From the NCBI GenBank assembly GCA_963825525.1, contig CAWGTN010000002.1, positions 1,504,001-1,568,000 of the forward strand: a DNA stretch of 64,000 nucleotides, in the 5' to 3' direction. Every line of letters starts with the position of its first letter. Positions within the stretch are counted from its first letter, which is position 1. The stretch is from an uncultured Chloroflexia bacterium (lineage in GTDB: Bacteria; Chloroflexota; Limnocylindria; QHBO01). The notes beneath the pieces were generated by a model. That model was not told the DNA's origin, searched no databases, and worked only from the letters and a program-made list of their open reading frames with translations. Shown one piece after another: positions 39,645 to 49,569 of this stretch. A program made the position numbers and the translations under genes.

Positions 39645-40871
39645 CTAGACCACCTCGGCTGCTGCTGCCTTCGCCTTGCCGCGCGTATTGGCCGCCGCAA
39701 GCTTCTTCGTTCGCCGCGGCGCGACCTTCTCGGTCCCGACCAGAGTCTCGTTGTCGTCGCCGCGGATGAAATCCTCGACGCGGTTGTGGGCGATGTCGTC
39801 GTGGATCTGCATCGGCGGCGACTTCATGAAATAGCTCGACGGGGCAACGAGCGTGCCGGCCAGGCCACGATCGAGCCCGAGCTTCGCGCAGCGGATGGCA
39901 TCGGTGATGACGCCGGCGCTGTTCGGGCTGTCCCAGACCTCGAGCTTGAGCTCCAGGTTCAATGGGACGTCGCCATAGGTCGTGCCCTCCATCCGGATGT
40001 GGCACCACTTGCGGTCCTTGAGCCACGGGACGTAGTCGGACGGACCGACGTGGATATCGGTGTCCGCGATCTCGTAGTCCATCATGCTCGTGACCGCGTT
40101 CGTCTTGCTGATCTTCTTCGACTCGAGGCGCTCTCGCTCGAGCATGTTCAGGAAGTCGGTGTTGCCGCCGAAGTTGAGCTGGTAGGTGCGGTCGATCTTC
40201 ACGCCGCGGTCCATGAACAGCCGTGTCAGCACGCGGTGCGTGATCGTTGCGCCGACCTGGCTCTTGATGTCGTCGCCGATGATCGGCAGGCCCGCCTCGG
40301 CAAAGCGCCGCTGCCAGTACGGCTCGCGGCCGATGAAGACCGGGATGGCGTTCACGAATGCGACGCCCGCCTGGATCGCCTGCTCGGCGTACCACTTCGT
40401 GGCCTGCTCGCTGCCGACCGGCAGGTAGCTGACCATCACATCGACCTCGCGGTCCTTGAGGATGCCGATGACGTCGGCCGTGGGCCCGGGCGCCGGCTCG
40501 ATGATCTCGGAGAGGTACTTGCCCAACCCATCGTGCGTCATGCCGCGCTCTACCGGCACGTTCAGCTGGGGAACTTCGCTGAACGTGAAGGTGTTGTTCG
40601 GCTCGACGAAGATCGCTTCGGAGAGGTCCTTGCCGACCTTGTTCTTGTCGACATCGAACGCCGCCACGAACTCGATGTCGCGGACGTGATACCCGCCCAG
40701 GTTGACGTGCATCAACCCGGGGATGAAGTCCCCGTCCTTCGCGTCGGCGTAGTGGTAGCGGCCCTGGACCAGGCTGCTGGCGCAGTTCCCGACGCCCACG
40801 ATGGCGACGCGGACCTTGCCGTCACTGGCTCGGTGTCCGTTGCTGGCGGCCTTGCCGTTTGGAGATGCCAC
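39645..40871 (-). CDS. ino1: myo-inositol-1-phosphate synthase
   Basis: [51 protein letters not shown]. Confidence 0.96.
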   Translation of the reverse strand: MASPNGKAASNGHRASDGKVRVAIVGVGNCASSLVQGRYHYADAKDGDFIPGLMHVNLGGYHVRDIEFVAAFDVDKNKVGKDLSEAIFVEPNNTFTFSEVPQLNVPVERGMTHDGLGKYLSEIIEPAPGPTADVIGILKDREVDVMVSYLPVGSEQATKWYAEQAIQAGVAFVNAIPVFIGREPYWQRRFAEAGLPIIGDDIKSQVGATITHRVLTRLFMDRGVKIDRTYQLNFGGNTDFLNMLERERLESKKISKTNAVTSMMDYEIADTDIHVGPSDYVPWLKDRKWCHIRMEGTTYGDVPLNLELKLEVWDSPNSAGVITDAIRCAKLGLDRGLAGTLVAPSSYFMKSPPMQIHDDIAHNRVEDFIRGDDNETLVGTEKVAPRRTKKLAAANTRGKAKAAAAEVV

Positions 40872-40878
40872 GATGCGA

Positions 40879-41553
40879 TCAGTGCTCCCTGCTGCGAAGT
40901 GTTGCGGCCTGGCTGGCGCGCCAGACATGCCAGATGCGTTGGATGACGGTCACCACCGTGAGGGTGGCGACCAGGACGAGGATGCCGATGAGGATGGGCG
41001 TGAACCCGAGTCCGGCAAGTCCGATGCCGGCGATGACGAGGACCAGGCGCTCGGTGCGAGGCGCCAGGCCGACCGTGGCCGTGACCCCGATGCCTTCGGC
41101 GCGGGCTCGCGCATAGCTGACGAGGAACGATCCGGTCAGGGCCACGATGACCGCCACCACCGGCAGGACCGGATCCTCCAGCGTGGTCAGAAACCAGGTG
41201 GCGATGCCGGCGTAGAGGACCGCTTCACCGGCGCGATCCAGCGTGGAGTCCAGGAAGCTGCCGAACGCCGTTCCGCCGCCCTGCGCGCGGGCCAGTGCGC
41301 CGTCCACGGCATCGAGCAGCGACCCGCCGGTGAGCACGGCCGCCCCGACGAGGAGCCAGCCGCCTGCCACGAGCGCGGACGCGGCAACCGTGATCAGCAG
41401 GCCGATGACCGTGATGGTGTTCGGCGTCAGGTGCAGTGCGATGGCGAGCCGGACGATCGGCGCCAGGATGCCTCGGGCAGCGTCCTTGAACCGCGCGGGC
41501 ATGACCGAAGCGCCGCGCCGCAGGTCGTGTGCGTGGTCGCGGCTACTGGACAT
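40879..41553 (-). CDS. pgsA: phosphatidylinositol-phosphate synthase (CDP-alcohol phosphatidyltransferase)
   Basis: [40 protein letters not shown]. Confidence 0.9.
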   Translation of the reverse strand: MSSSRDHAHDLRRGASVMPARFKDAARGILAPIVRLAIALHLTPNTITVIGLLITVAASALVAGGWLLVGAAVLTGGSLLDAVDGALARAQGGGTAFGSFLDSTLDRAGEAVLYAGIATWFLTTLEDPVLPVVAVIVALTGSFLVSYARARAEGIGVTATVGLAPRTERLVLVIAGIGLAGLGFTPILIGILVLVATLTVVTVIQRIWHVWRASQAATLRSREH

Positions 41554-41905
41554 CGGCGACCGTCCCACGGGCATCCGGCGAGCCGGCGACCCCGGCTGTC
41601 CCGCCGACGAGTCGAGCCTCGGCGTCGTGCAGCTCCTCGAACGCCGCCAGTCGCAGGCGGCAGATGACCTCGCGGCCCTGACGGTCGGTATCGATGAGGC
41701 CCGCCAGGCGCAGGATGCGCAGGTGCCAGCTGATGAGCGGCTGGGACAGGCCGACGCGCGCCGAAAGCTCACGTACCGGCATGGGACCGATCTCGGCGAT
41801 CAGGCCGATGACGCGCAGGCGCGTCTCGTCGCCGAGGGCACGGTAGAGGGCCCGAAGGCGCCGGAGATCCTGTTCGGCGGCGGTCTCGGTGGGGGCAGGG
41901 ATCAC
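41543..41905 (-). CDS. ArsR/SmtB family regulator
   Basis: RALGDETRLRVI...LSQPLISWHLRILRLAGLI. Confidence 0.9.
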   Translation of the reverse strand: MIPAPTETAAEQDLRRLRALYRALGDETRLRVIGLIAEIGPMPVRELSARVGLSQPLISWHLRILRLAGLIDTDRQGREVICRLRLAAFEELHDAEARLVGGTAGVAGSPDARGTVADVQ

Positions 41906-41910
41906 GAGCA

Positions 41911-41940
41911 GATATTTATCAAATGCGAGTTTATATAAGC
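41911..41940. promoter_or_regulatory. AT-rich imperfect palindrome, probable ArsR operator/promoter
   Basis: GATATTTATCAAATGCGAGTTTATATAAGC directly upstream of the arsR start, in a GC-rich background. Confidence 0.6.
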
Positions 41941-42034
41941 GTCGGCTTATGGTATCGGGCCGGTTCCGTGTTCGTCAAGCCCTCTGCTAGCATCGGCGCC
42001 CGACCCATGGTCGGACGACGCAGGAGGTGCACCG

Positions 42035-42829
42035 CTGGCGAGCTCGACCCCCGATGCGCTGTGGAGCGCGTCGCCGCTCCGTGCGCTGCGCCCTGCCGCG
42101 GTGACGTGCACCGACCTGCGGCGCGGCCGCGAGATCGTTCATTGCTCGTTCTCGATCCCGGCGGGCGCCCGGATGCTCCTCGTTTCCGAACCGGAGCCGG
42201 CGGCATCGACCCTCGTGCGCGTCGTGGCGGGCCTGGCACGGATCGACGCCGGACGCATCTGGGTCGCCGGATCGAGCGATCCCACCGCGTACGGCTGGGG
42301 CCGGCGCGTCGCGTACCTTGGCCCGCGCGCCGGGCTCCACGAGTGGATGTCGCCGAATGAGCTGCTCGCGCTGGCCGGCGGGTTGCTGGGGCTGACGCCG
42401 GCCCAGGCCGCGCGCCGCTCCCACGAAGTCCTCGAGTGGACCCGGATCTCGGCGGCGATCGCCGCGCGGCCGATGCGTCGAGGTGGCGAGCCACTCCAGC
42501 AGCGAGCCGCACTCGCCGCCGCGCTGATGGGGGAACCCGAGGTGCTCCTGCTCGACGAACCGCTGCGCGCGATCGACGCGCGGGAGCGCGCGCGGCTCCT
42601 GACGCTGCCCGGGCCGCGCCTGACCATGATCCTCGCGAGTCGCTACCCGGCAAGCGAAGTCGGACTGGTGGACCGAGTCGCGTACCTGGCCGAAGGTCGG
42701 ATCCGGATGATCGCGCCGGTCGATGCGCTGAAGGACGCAGGGCTGACCCTGTCGCACCGGGGGATCGTGGCCCTCAGTGACCAGATGGGCGCCCGCGCCC
42801 CGATCCGCAAGGCAACGGCACGGGCATGA
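42035..42829 (+). CDS. degenerate ABC ATPase-like protein (probable CTG start; alternative GTG at 42101)
   Basis: Walker B LLLDEP kept; Walker A position reads SEPEPAAST; SD AGGAGGT 6 nt before CTG 42035. Confidence 0.7.
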   Translation: MASSTPDALWSASPLRALRPAAVTCTDLRRGREIVHCSFSIPAGARMLLVSEPEPAASTLVRVVAGLARIDAGRIWVAGSSDPTAYGWGRRVAYLGPRAGLHEWMSPNELLALAGGLLGLTPAQAARRSHEVLEWTRISAAIAARPMRRGGEPLQQRAALAAALMGEPEVLLLDEPLRAIDARERARLLTLPGPRLTMILASRYPASEVGLVDRVAYLAEGRIRMIAPVDALKDAGLTLSHRGIVALSDQMGARAPIRKATARA

Positions 42830-43512
42830 GCCAGACCTGGCTGGTCGCACGACTGGCATTGCGCGAGCTGTGGATGAGCTTCCGACTGTTCGTGCTGCTG
42901 GCCGCGTACCTCGGGGCGGGTGTCCTGATCGCGTCGGTGCCGGGGACGGACGCCGAGACCCTGGAGCGCCTGACGCTCGCTTTCGCGGTCGCCACCGTCG
43001 TCGGCGCGGCGACGGCCGCGTGGTCGCTCAGCCACGAGCGTGAGCTTGGCCGGATCGGCTGGCTCGCGGCTCGATCGATCGAGCGGCGGCGGATCCTGAC
43101 CGGCTGGTTCGTCGCGCTCGGCGCGCTCACGGTGGGCGGTACCGTGGGAACCGCGGTTCTCGGTTGGGCGGCGGCGGGTGGCTCCGTCGAACGCGTGAGC
43201 CCGATCGCCTTCGGATGGACCATCGTGGCGGTTGCGTGCGCCGCCACGGCCCTGCTGGCACTCGGCCTGCTGGTCGGCGCCTGGCTGCCACCCCGATTGG
43301 CCAGCATCGGGGCGATCGTGGTGGGTGGCCTGGTCATCGGGGCCGGTTGGGCGGCGCCGTGGTGGCCCGCACTCCCGGTCAAGGCACTCGCCGAGCTCCC
43401 GCAGCTGGATCGGCCGATCTCCCTGGCCATGCAGGGCGCGGGGCTGATGCTGGCGGTCGCGGTGCTGTTCCTGGTGATGGCCTCGATCGTGCTTGGTCGC
43501 GCCGACCTGTGA
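42826..43512 (+). CDS. six-TM ABC-2-like membrane protein
   Basis: LSHERELGRIGWL resembles the ABC-2 E.E.G motif; coupled to the upstream gene. Confidence 0.7.
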   Translation: MSQTWLVARLALRELWMSFRLFVLLAAYLGAGVLIASVPGTDAETLERLTLAFAVATVVGAATAAWSLSHERELGRIGWLAARSIERRRILTGWFVALGALTVGGTVGTAVLGWAAAGGSVERVSPIAFGWTIVAVACAATALLALGLLVGAWLPPRLASIGAIVVGGLVIGAGWAAPWWPALPVKALAELPQLDRPISLAMQGAGLMLAVAVLFLVMASIVLGRADL

Positions 43513-45074
43513 ACGAAGAGCCGATCCGCATCCACCCCGTCGCCGCCTGGGCGGCGCTCGTCTTCGCCAGCCTGGGGGTGCTGCTGGGCGGCGCCGAGCT
43601 CATGGTGGTGGCGATCGCACTGCCCTCCATCGTGGCCGATTTCGGCGGCTGGGCGGATCTGGCGCGGGTCAGCTGGATCGTGAACGCGTACCTGCTCGCC
43701 TACGTGGTGGCGATGCCGCTGGCCGGCCGTGGCGCCGACCTGTGGGGGGCGCGGCGCCTCTACGTTGTCGCGTTGCTCCTGTTCGTCATCGGCAGCGCCG
43801 GAGCCGGACTGTCACGCTTCGCTGGGCCGGACGGCCTGACCTGGCTCATCGTCGCTCGCGTGATCCAGGGCTTTGGCGGGGGGGCGCTGGTTCCGCTCTC
43901 GATGGCGCTGGCGAGCCACCTGTTCAGCGGCCGCGCGCGGGCCACGGCCCTGGGCGTCGAAGGCGCCGCGACGTACATCGGCATGGCGATCGGGCCGGCC
44001 TACGGGGCCTGGGTGCTGCTCAACTTCAACCTGCCGATTCCCGGGCTCGACATGGCCAGCTGGCAATGGATCTTCCTGCTGAACGTCCCGATCGGCATCG
44101 TGACCCTGCTGCTGATCTACGTGGTGGTGGGCGGCATCGAGACTCCCCGCGTGCGCGCGTCGCTCGATCTGCTCGGCGCCGCGCTGCTCACCGTGGCGCT
44201 CGTCAGCGGGATCGGCGCCGTCACCGTCTCCGGGACGAACGGGTGGCTGAGCCCAGCCGTGATCGGCGGCGTGGCGATTGCGGCGCTCAGCGGCGTGGCG
44301 TTTGCGTGGCATCAGCTCCGCGTCACCTCGCCGCTCGTCGACCTCCGGCTGTTCGTCGACCGCGCGTTCAGCTCGGCCAACGCGGTCAGCCTGCTCACCG
44401 GCTACACCCTGGCGACGGCGATCATCGGCGGGCCGGTCTTCGTGAATCGTGTCCTGTTCGGCGGGGACGTGGATGCATCGACGGTGCTCACGGCGCTGAC
44501 CCTGGCCATCGCCGGCGGGGCGTTGCTGGGCGGGCTGCTGTCCGCCTTCATCGGGGAGCGAATCGTGACGATCGTCGGCGTGCTGGCCAGTGCCGTCGGA
44601 CTGTGGCTGGCGATGAGGTGGGGGGTCGAGACAGGCGTCGGTCAGCTCACCACCGACCTCGCCATCTACGGCGTCGGCTTCGGGCTGACGGTCTCCCCGC
44701 GCGCCACGGCCGCGGTCGACGCGGCGGGTGCCGGGGCGTATGGGGTGGCCAGCGCCATGCTTCAGATCACGCGGACCATCGGCATGAGCATCGGCCTGGC
44801 GCTGCTGACCTCGATCGGACAGAACCGAATCGACGAGCTCTCGGCACTCATCGCCGACCCGATGCTGCGCGACGAGCTGGTCCAAGACCTCGGCAGGTCG
44901 GAGTTTGTCGGAGTCGACCCACGGGCGTCACTGCAGCTCGTGGACTTCCTCGAACGCTGGTCGCAGGGCCAGTCGGCTGAGGTGCTCCAGATGGTGTTCG
45001 GGATTGCGCTGGCGGTTGCGGTGGCCACGCTTCTCCCGGCCTGGTTTGTCCGTGGGCGCTCGGCCCAGCGCTAA
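43509..45074 (+). CDS. MFS transporter, DHA2/EmrB-like
   Basis: IALPSI, WIVNAYLL, ARVIQGFGGG, WQWIFLLNVPIG. Confidence 0.92.
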   Translation: MNEEPIRIHPVAAWAALVFASLGVLLGGAELMVVAIALPSIVADFGGWADLARVSWIVNAYLLAYVVAMPLAGRGADLWGARRLYVVALLLFVIGSAGAGLSRFAGPDGLTWLIVARVIQGFGGGALVPLSMALASHLFSGRARATALGVEGAATYIGMAIGPAYGAWVLLNFNLPIPGLDMASWQWIFLLNVPIGIVTLLLIYVVVGGIETPRVRASLDLLGAALLTVALVSGIGAVTVSGTNGWLSPAVIGGVAIAALSGVAFAWHQLRVTSPLVDLRLFVDRAFSSANAVSLLTGYTLATAIIGGPVFVNRVLFGGDVDASTVLTALTLAIAGGALLGGLLSAFIGERIVTIVGVLASAVGLWLAMRWGVETGVGQLTTDLAIYGVGFGLTVSPRATAAVDAAGAGAYGVASAMLQITRTIGMSIGLALLTSIGQNRIDELSALIADPMLRDELVQDLGRSEFVGVDPRASLQLVDFLERWSQGQSAEVLQMVFGIALAVAVATLLPAWFVRGRSAQR

Positions 45075-45772
45075 CCCGCTGGCTCCGCGATGACCACGAG
45101 CTCACCCCAGTTGCGATTGAAGCCCTGCGAGGTCTGGAGCGTCAGGCGCTCGTAGTCGGTCGACGCGGTCCACGAGGCCCCCTCGTCGCAGTTGTCGTGG
45201 ATCTGGAGGGCCAGCGGCGGGTTCGGCGGATTGTTCTGCGTCGCGTTCGGGTCGGGGCAGGCGACGTTGGGCCGGACCTCGGTGACCGTGTAGCGCAGCA
45301 CGGAGCCGTTCGACATCCGGACCAGCACCTCGGCGCCGATCTGGACGTTCCAGAGCGGCTTGAACAGCCCGTTCACGGCGTGCGCGAAGATGTAGGAGTT
45401 CGTGTTCCTGCCCGGTTGGTTGCCGGCGCTCAGGATGTATGCGGCGTCGACCGGCGGGAAGCCATCCGTCTCGGCGCTTGTCGACTGGCGAACCAGGACG
45501 TTGATGCCCACTCCGGGGATTTCGAGCTGGGTCGCCGTCACGTCAGCCGGCAGGGGATCTGGCGTCGGAGACTCGGAGGGTTCCTGCGGCGACGCCGAGG
45601 TCGATGGCGTGGGCGTCGGTGTTGCCTCGGCCACCGGGGTTGGAGTCGAGGTCGTGATCGGCGGCAGGCTCGGCGTCGCAGGCCGATCAAGGTCGAGGGT
45701 GCCGGCGATAATGAGGGCCACCCCCGCAACACCCAGGATGATCGGGAGCGCCCATGACGAAAGACGCTTCAC
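45071..45772 (-). CDS. sortase-fold protein with TLQTS in place of TLxTC
   Basis: N-terminal TM, S/T/P linker, LEIPGVGIN, PG..TNSYIFAH, LFKPL, YTVTE, LTLQTS, LVVIA. Confidence 0.8.
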   Translation of the reverse strand: MKRLSSWALPIILGVAGVALIIAGTLDLDRPATPSLPPITTSTPTPVAEATPTPTPSTSASPQEPSESPTPDPLPADVTATQLEIPGVGINVLVRQSTSAETDGFPPVDAAYILSAGNQPGRNTNSYIFAHAVNGLFKPLWNVQIGAEVLVRMSNGSVLRYTVTEVRPNVACPDPNATQNNPPNPPLALQIHDNCDEGASWTASTDYERLTLQTSQGFNRNWGELVVIAEPAG

Positions 45773-45801
45773 CGCGCGAGTCTACCGTCCGCACCGATGA
45801 C

Positions 45802-46596
45802 GTGCTGCAGCGGGCTATCGATCTCGCGATGGCCGCGTGGGCGACGGAGCCTGCCGGACTGCTGACCGACTTCGACGGCACGCTGTCGCCGATCGTCCCC
45901 GACCCGGCGAGCGCGCGGCTGGTCGAGGGCGCGCCCGCGGCGCTGAGCCGCCTCGCGGAACGCCTGGCCGTCGTGGCCGTCGTGACCGGGCGTGCGCCGC
46001 TCGACGCGAGGCGCATGACGGGCGTCCCCGGCCTGCTCATCGCCGGCAACCATGGGACCGAGTGGCTCGAGCCGGACTCCGACGAGCCCGTCGCCTCCCC
46101 CGAGGCGGCTGCCGCGCGGGCCGGCGTGCGCGAGGTGCTGACCCGGCTGCCCGAGCTGCCCGGCGTCACGGTCGAGGACAAGGGCAGCACCGCATCGGTC
46201 CATTTCCGCAACTCGCCCGATCCCGGGAGCGCGCTGCCGGCCATCCTGGCGGCGCTCGGGGACGTGGAGCCATTGGGCCTGCGCATCGGGCACGGCCGCC
46301 AGATCGTCGAGCTGCGCGCGATCGGTCTCGGGGACAAGGGAACCGCCACGCGGGCGATCGTGGAGCGCTTCGGCCTGCGTGGCGTGGTCGTGATGGGCGA
46401 TGACGTCACCGACCTGGACATGTTCGCGGCGATCGATGAGCTTCGGGCAGCCGGTCGGTTGCGGGGAGTGATCGTCGGTGTCGGCGGCCGCGACCACGAG
46501 GTCCCCGACGAGGTGGTGGACGCCTCGGACGTGGTGCTGCCCGGTCCGGCCGAGGCCGCCGCGTTCCTGGCTGACCTGTCCCGACTCAGCGGGTGA
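45802..46596 (+). CDS. otsB: trehalose-6-phosphate phosphatase (start uncertain)
   Basis: DFDGTLSPI, VVTGR, GNHG, VEDK, DKG, GDDVTDLDMF. Confidence 0.92.
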   Translation: MLQRAIDLAMAAWATEPAGLLTDFDGTLSPIVPDPASARLVEGAPAALSRLAERLAVVAVVTGRAPLDARRMTGVPGLLIAGNHGTEWLEPDSDEPVASPEAAAARAGVREVLTRLPELPGVTVEDKGSTASVHFRNSPDPGSALPAILAALGDVEPLGLRIGHGRQIVELRAIGLGDKGTATRAIVERFGLRGVVVMGDDVTDLDMFAAIDELRAAGRLRGVIVGVGGRDHEVPDEVVDASDVVLPGPAEAAAFLADLSRLSG

Positions 46597-48091
46597 GCTG
46601 ACCCAGATCCTCGAGCTGGGTGCGCAGCCACCAGGTGATGTCCTCGCGGACGACCCCGGCCCGCAGCTTGCCCAGTCGCCGACGCCGCTCCTCGACCGGC
46701 ATGGCGAGGGCCGTGGCGAGGGCCTCGGCGGTCCCCACCACGTCGGCCGGTGCGACGGACAGCGCGCCGTTCGCCATCTGGTCGAACGCGCCGGCCGCCT
46801 CGGACAGGACGAGCACGGCATCCCGCTCGGAGACGACCACCGCCTCCTTGGCGACGAGATTCATGCCGTCGACCAGCGGATTCACGAGGATCGCATCGGC
46901 GATCGAGAGGCCGGCCAGCGCCTGCGCGTAGTCGTTCTCATAGAAGATCTGGATCGGGCGCCATGACGCCCGGCCGAAGCGCGCGTTGATTCGGTCGACC
47001 TCGTTCTGGACCTTGCGTCCGTAGTCGCCGTACTCGCGCAGGCCGGTCCGCGATGGCACGAGAAAGGCGAGGAAGCTCACCCGGCCTCGGAGGCGCGGCT
47101 GGCGCTGCAGCAGCGCTTCGTAGGCCAGGAACCCGCGGAGGATGTTCTTGGATGGCTCGAGCCGATCGACGCGGACGATCACCTGCTCACTCGTGTTGCT
47201 CAGCAGCTGCTCTGCACGCCGGCGTGCCGCACGTGACGACGAGATTCGCTGGGTAGCCTCGACGTCAATGCTGATCGGGTAGTGACGCACGTGCGTCGTG
47301 CGTCGCCGCCTGCGGACCGTTCGCGCGGCGTAGTCGACCGTCGCGTCGGGCAGGAACGTCTCGACCATCCGCATGAAGTTGTGCGCGTAGCGCTCGGTCT
47401 GGAATCCCACGACATCGTTCCCCAGCAATCCGCTGGCGATGCCCTCCCGGATCGCCGGCGCAATGGCCATCCAGATGCTCGATGGCGGCCATGGGATGTG
47501 GGTGAAGTGGCTCAGGATCGCCTTCGGGCGTGCACGACGGATGCTCGCCGCAGCCGTGTACAGGTGGTAGTCGTGGAGCATGATCCGTGGCCGTTTGTCG
47601 CCGCGCGCCTGGGACAGCACCGCCGAGGCGAAGGCCTCATTCATGGCCAGGTAGCCGCGCTCCCACGCCCGCATGGTCGAGGCGTCGATCACGGGTCGCT
47701 CCGGAAGGTTCCACATCTGGTGCTGCAGGAACCACAGGAGCGGATTCGCGATGACGTTGTACGCCTGCTCGTAGACCGTGCGCTCCACGGTCGCGAAGCG
47801 CAGGCGAACGGAATCGTCGTCGCCCGCCGCCTGGCGAAGGAGCTTCGGCTCCTGCGCGGCCCTGCGGTCCCCGTCGCTCATGGCCGCCGCGACCCAGGTC
47901 ACCGGCACGTGGCGTCCGACCTGCCCGAGGGCGGTGACGAGTCCCCCGGACCCGCGCCGCGGACGCAACGATCCGTCGGCGGCCGAGGTGAACGTGACCG
48001 GTCCGCGGTTGGTGGCGATGATCAGCCGGCGGTCGCCGAGCAGGGCGGACGCGGCGGCTCCGAGGGCATCATCGGCCTTGGCGTCAGTCAT
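46586..48091 (-). CDS. otsA: trehalose-6-phosphate synthase (GT20)
   Basis: NRGP, GGLVTAL, HDYHL, HIPWP, VDRLEPSKN, DGMNLVAKE. Confidence 0.92.
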   Translation of the reverse strand: MTDAKADDALGAAASALLGDRRLIIATNRGPVTFTSAADGSLRPRRGSGGLVTALGQVGRHVPVTWVAAAMSDGDRRAAQEPKLLRQAAGDDDSVRLRFATVERTVYEQAYNVIANPLLWFLQHQMWNLPERPVIDASTMRAWERGYLAMNEAFASAVLSQARGDKRPRIMLHDYHLYTAAASIRRARPKAILSHFTHIPWPPSSIWMAIAPAIREGIASGLLGNDVVGFQTERYAHNFMRMVETFLPDATVDYAARTVRRRRRTTHVRHYPISIDVEATQRISSSRAARRRAEQLLSNTSEQVIVRVDRLEPSKNILRGFLAYEALLQRQPRLRGRVSFLAFLVPSRTGLREYGDYGRKVQNEVDRINARFGRASWRPIQIFYENDYAQALAGLSIADAILVNPLVDGMNLVAKEAVVVSERDAVLVLSEAAGAFDQMANGALSVAPADVVGTAEALATALAMPVEERRRRLGKLRAGVVREDITWWLRTQLEDLGQLTR

Positions 48092-48095
48092 CCGC

Positions 48096-49559
48096 TCAGA
48101 ATAGGCTCGACGCGGACACCTCGATCAGCTCCAGGACCCCGCCGGGGAAGAGGCCAAGGATGACCACCCCCGCCACCGAGAGCGCCAGTGCCACGGTGCC
48201 GAAGGGTGAGGTGTCGATGGGGGCGGGGTCGTCCTCCGGATCCCGCATGTACATGTAGACGATGACGCGAAGGTAGTAGAACGCGGCCATCGCGGCATTC
48301 AGGACGAGGATCACGGCAAGCCAGGCCAGCCCCGCGTCGACCGCCGCCAGCAGCACGTACAGCTTGGCGAAGAACCCGACCGTGGGTGGGATGCCGGTGA
48401 GGCTGAGCATGAGCACGCCCATCGCAGCGGCACGGGCCGGCGACCGCGACCCGAGGCCGGCGAACGAGTTCAGGCCGCCGAACCGCCGCGTGTCTCGCTG
48501 CAGCATGCCCACCACCGCGAAGGCGGCGATGTTCATCACCGCGTAGCCGAGGACGTAGAACAGCACCGACTCGATGCCCTGCGCGGCGGTCTCCGGGTCG
48601 GAGGCGTTGGCGAAGGCGGCCAGGCCCACCATGATGTAGCCGGTGTGGGCGATGCTCGAGTACGCCAGCATCCGCTTCACGTTGACCTGGGTGAGCGCGA
48701 CGACGTTCCCTACCGTCATCGTGAGCACGGTGAGCACCAGGAAGACGCCGATCCAGTCGGCGCGCAGCGGTGCGAGCGCCTCCGCGAAGACACGGACCAG
48801 GAGGGCAAAGGCCCCGAGCTTCGGGCCCACCGACAGGAATCCGGTGATCGGCGTCGGAGCGCCCTGGTAGGCATCCGGCGTCCAGTAGTGGAACGGGACC
48901 GCCGCGATCTTGAACGTGCCGCCCACGATGAGGAATCCGATGGCGATGAGCAGTGCGCCGCTCATGCGTCCCTCGAGGCCCGATGCCGCGATCTCCGCGA
49001 TGTTGGTGGTGCCGGTGAGCCCGTAGAGCCAGCTGATGCCGAACAGCACGATGGCGCTCGCGAAGCTTCCGAGCAGGAAGTACTTCAGCCCGCCCTCGTT
49101 GCTGTAGCGGTCCGTCTTGTGGAGGCCGGTGAGCAGGTAGGACGGCATCGTCATCAACTCGAGGCCAAGGAACAGGGTGATCAGGTCGGAGCTCGACGCG
49201 AGCACGAACATACCGAGCAGCGCGCTGAGCAGGATCATGTGGAACTCGCCCAGCGGGATCCTGCGCACGAGGAGGTAGGAGGGCGCGAACAGCACCGAGA
49301 TGACGCCGATGACCACCGTCGCCGCCTTGAAGAAGACGGACAGGTCGTCCACCACGTAGAAGCCGGCGTAGACGGTCTCGTTGACATCCCACACCACGAA
49401 CAGCGCGGCACCGACGAGGACGAGACCGGCCACCGTGAGCGGAGTGAGGATCCACTTGTCGGCACGCGCCAGGAACAGGTCGACCGTGATCACCGTGAGG
49501 ATGAGGACCACGAGCAGCAGCTCCGGCATGAGCGTGACGAGGTCGTCGATGTACGTCAT
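48096..49559 (-). CDS. nuoN: NADH-quinone oxidoreductase subunit N
   Basis: EGGLKYFLLG, FKIAAVPFHYWTPDAYQGAP, KRMLAYSSIAH. Confidence 0.95.
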   Translation of the reverse strand: MTYIDDLVTLMPELLLVVLILTVITVDLFLARADKWILTPLTVAGLVLVGAALFVVWDVNETVYAGFYVVDDLSVFFKAATVVIGVISVLFAPSYLLVRRIPLGEFHMILLSALLGMFVLASSSDLITLFLGLELMTMPSYLLTGLHKTDRYSNEGGLKYFLLGSFASAIVLFGISWLYGLTGTTNIAEIAASGLEGRMSGALLIAIGFLIVGGTFKIAAVPFHYWTPDAYQGAPTPITGFLSVGPKLGAFALLVRVFAEALAPLRADWIGVFLVLTVLTMTVGNVVALTQVNVKRMLAYSSIAHTGYIMVGLAAFANASDPETAAQGIESVLFYVLGYAVMNIAAFAVVGMLQRDTRRFGGLNSFAGLGSRSPARAAAMGVLMLSLTGIPPTVGFFAKLYVLLAAVDAGLAWLAVILVLNAAMAAFYYLRVIVYMYMRDPEDDPAPIDTSPFGTVALALSVAGVVILGLFPGGVLELIEVSASSLF

Positions 49560-49569
49560 GCGCAGCTCC

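Noticed and set aside
33466-40871. Mycothiol pathway (GNAT as MshD, GT4 as MshA, Ino1)
   Set aside because: The GT4 carries PimA-type motifs and sits with pgsA/patA; no mshB/mshC seen; the GNATs belong to the opposite-strand ABC operon
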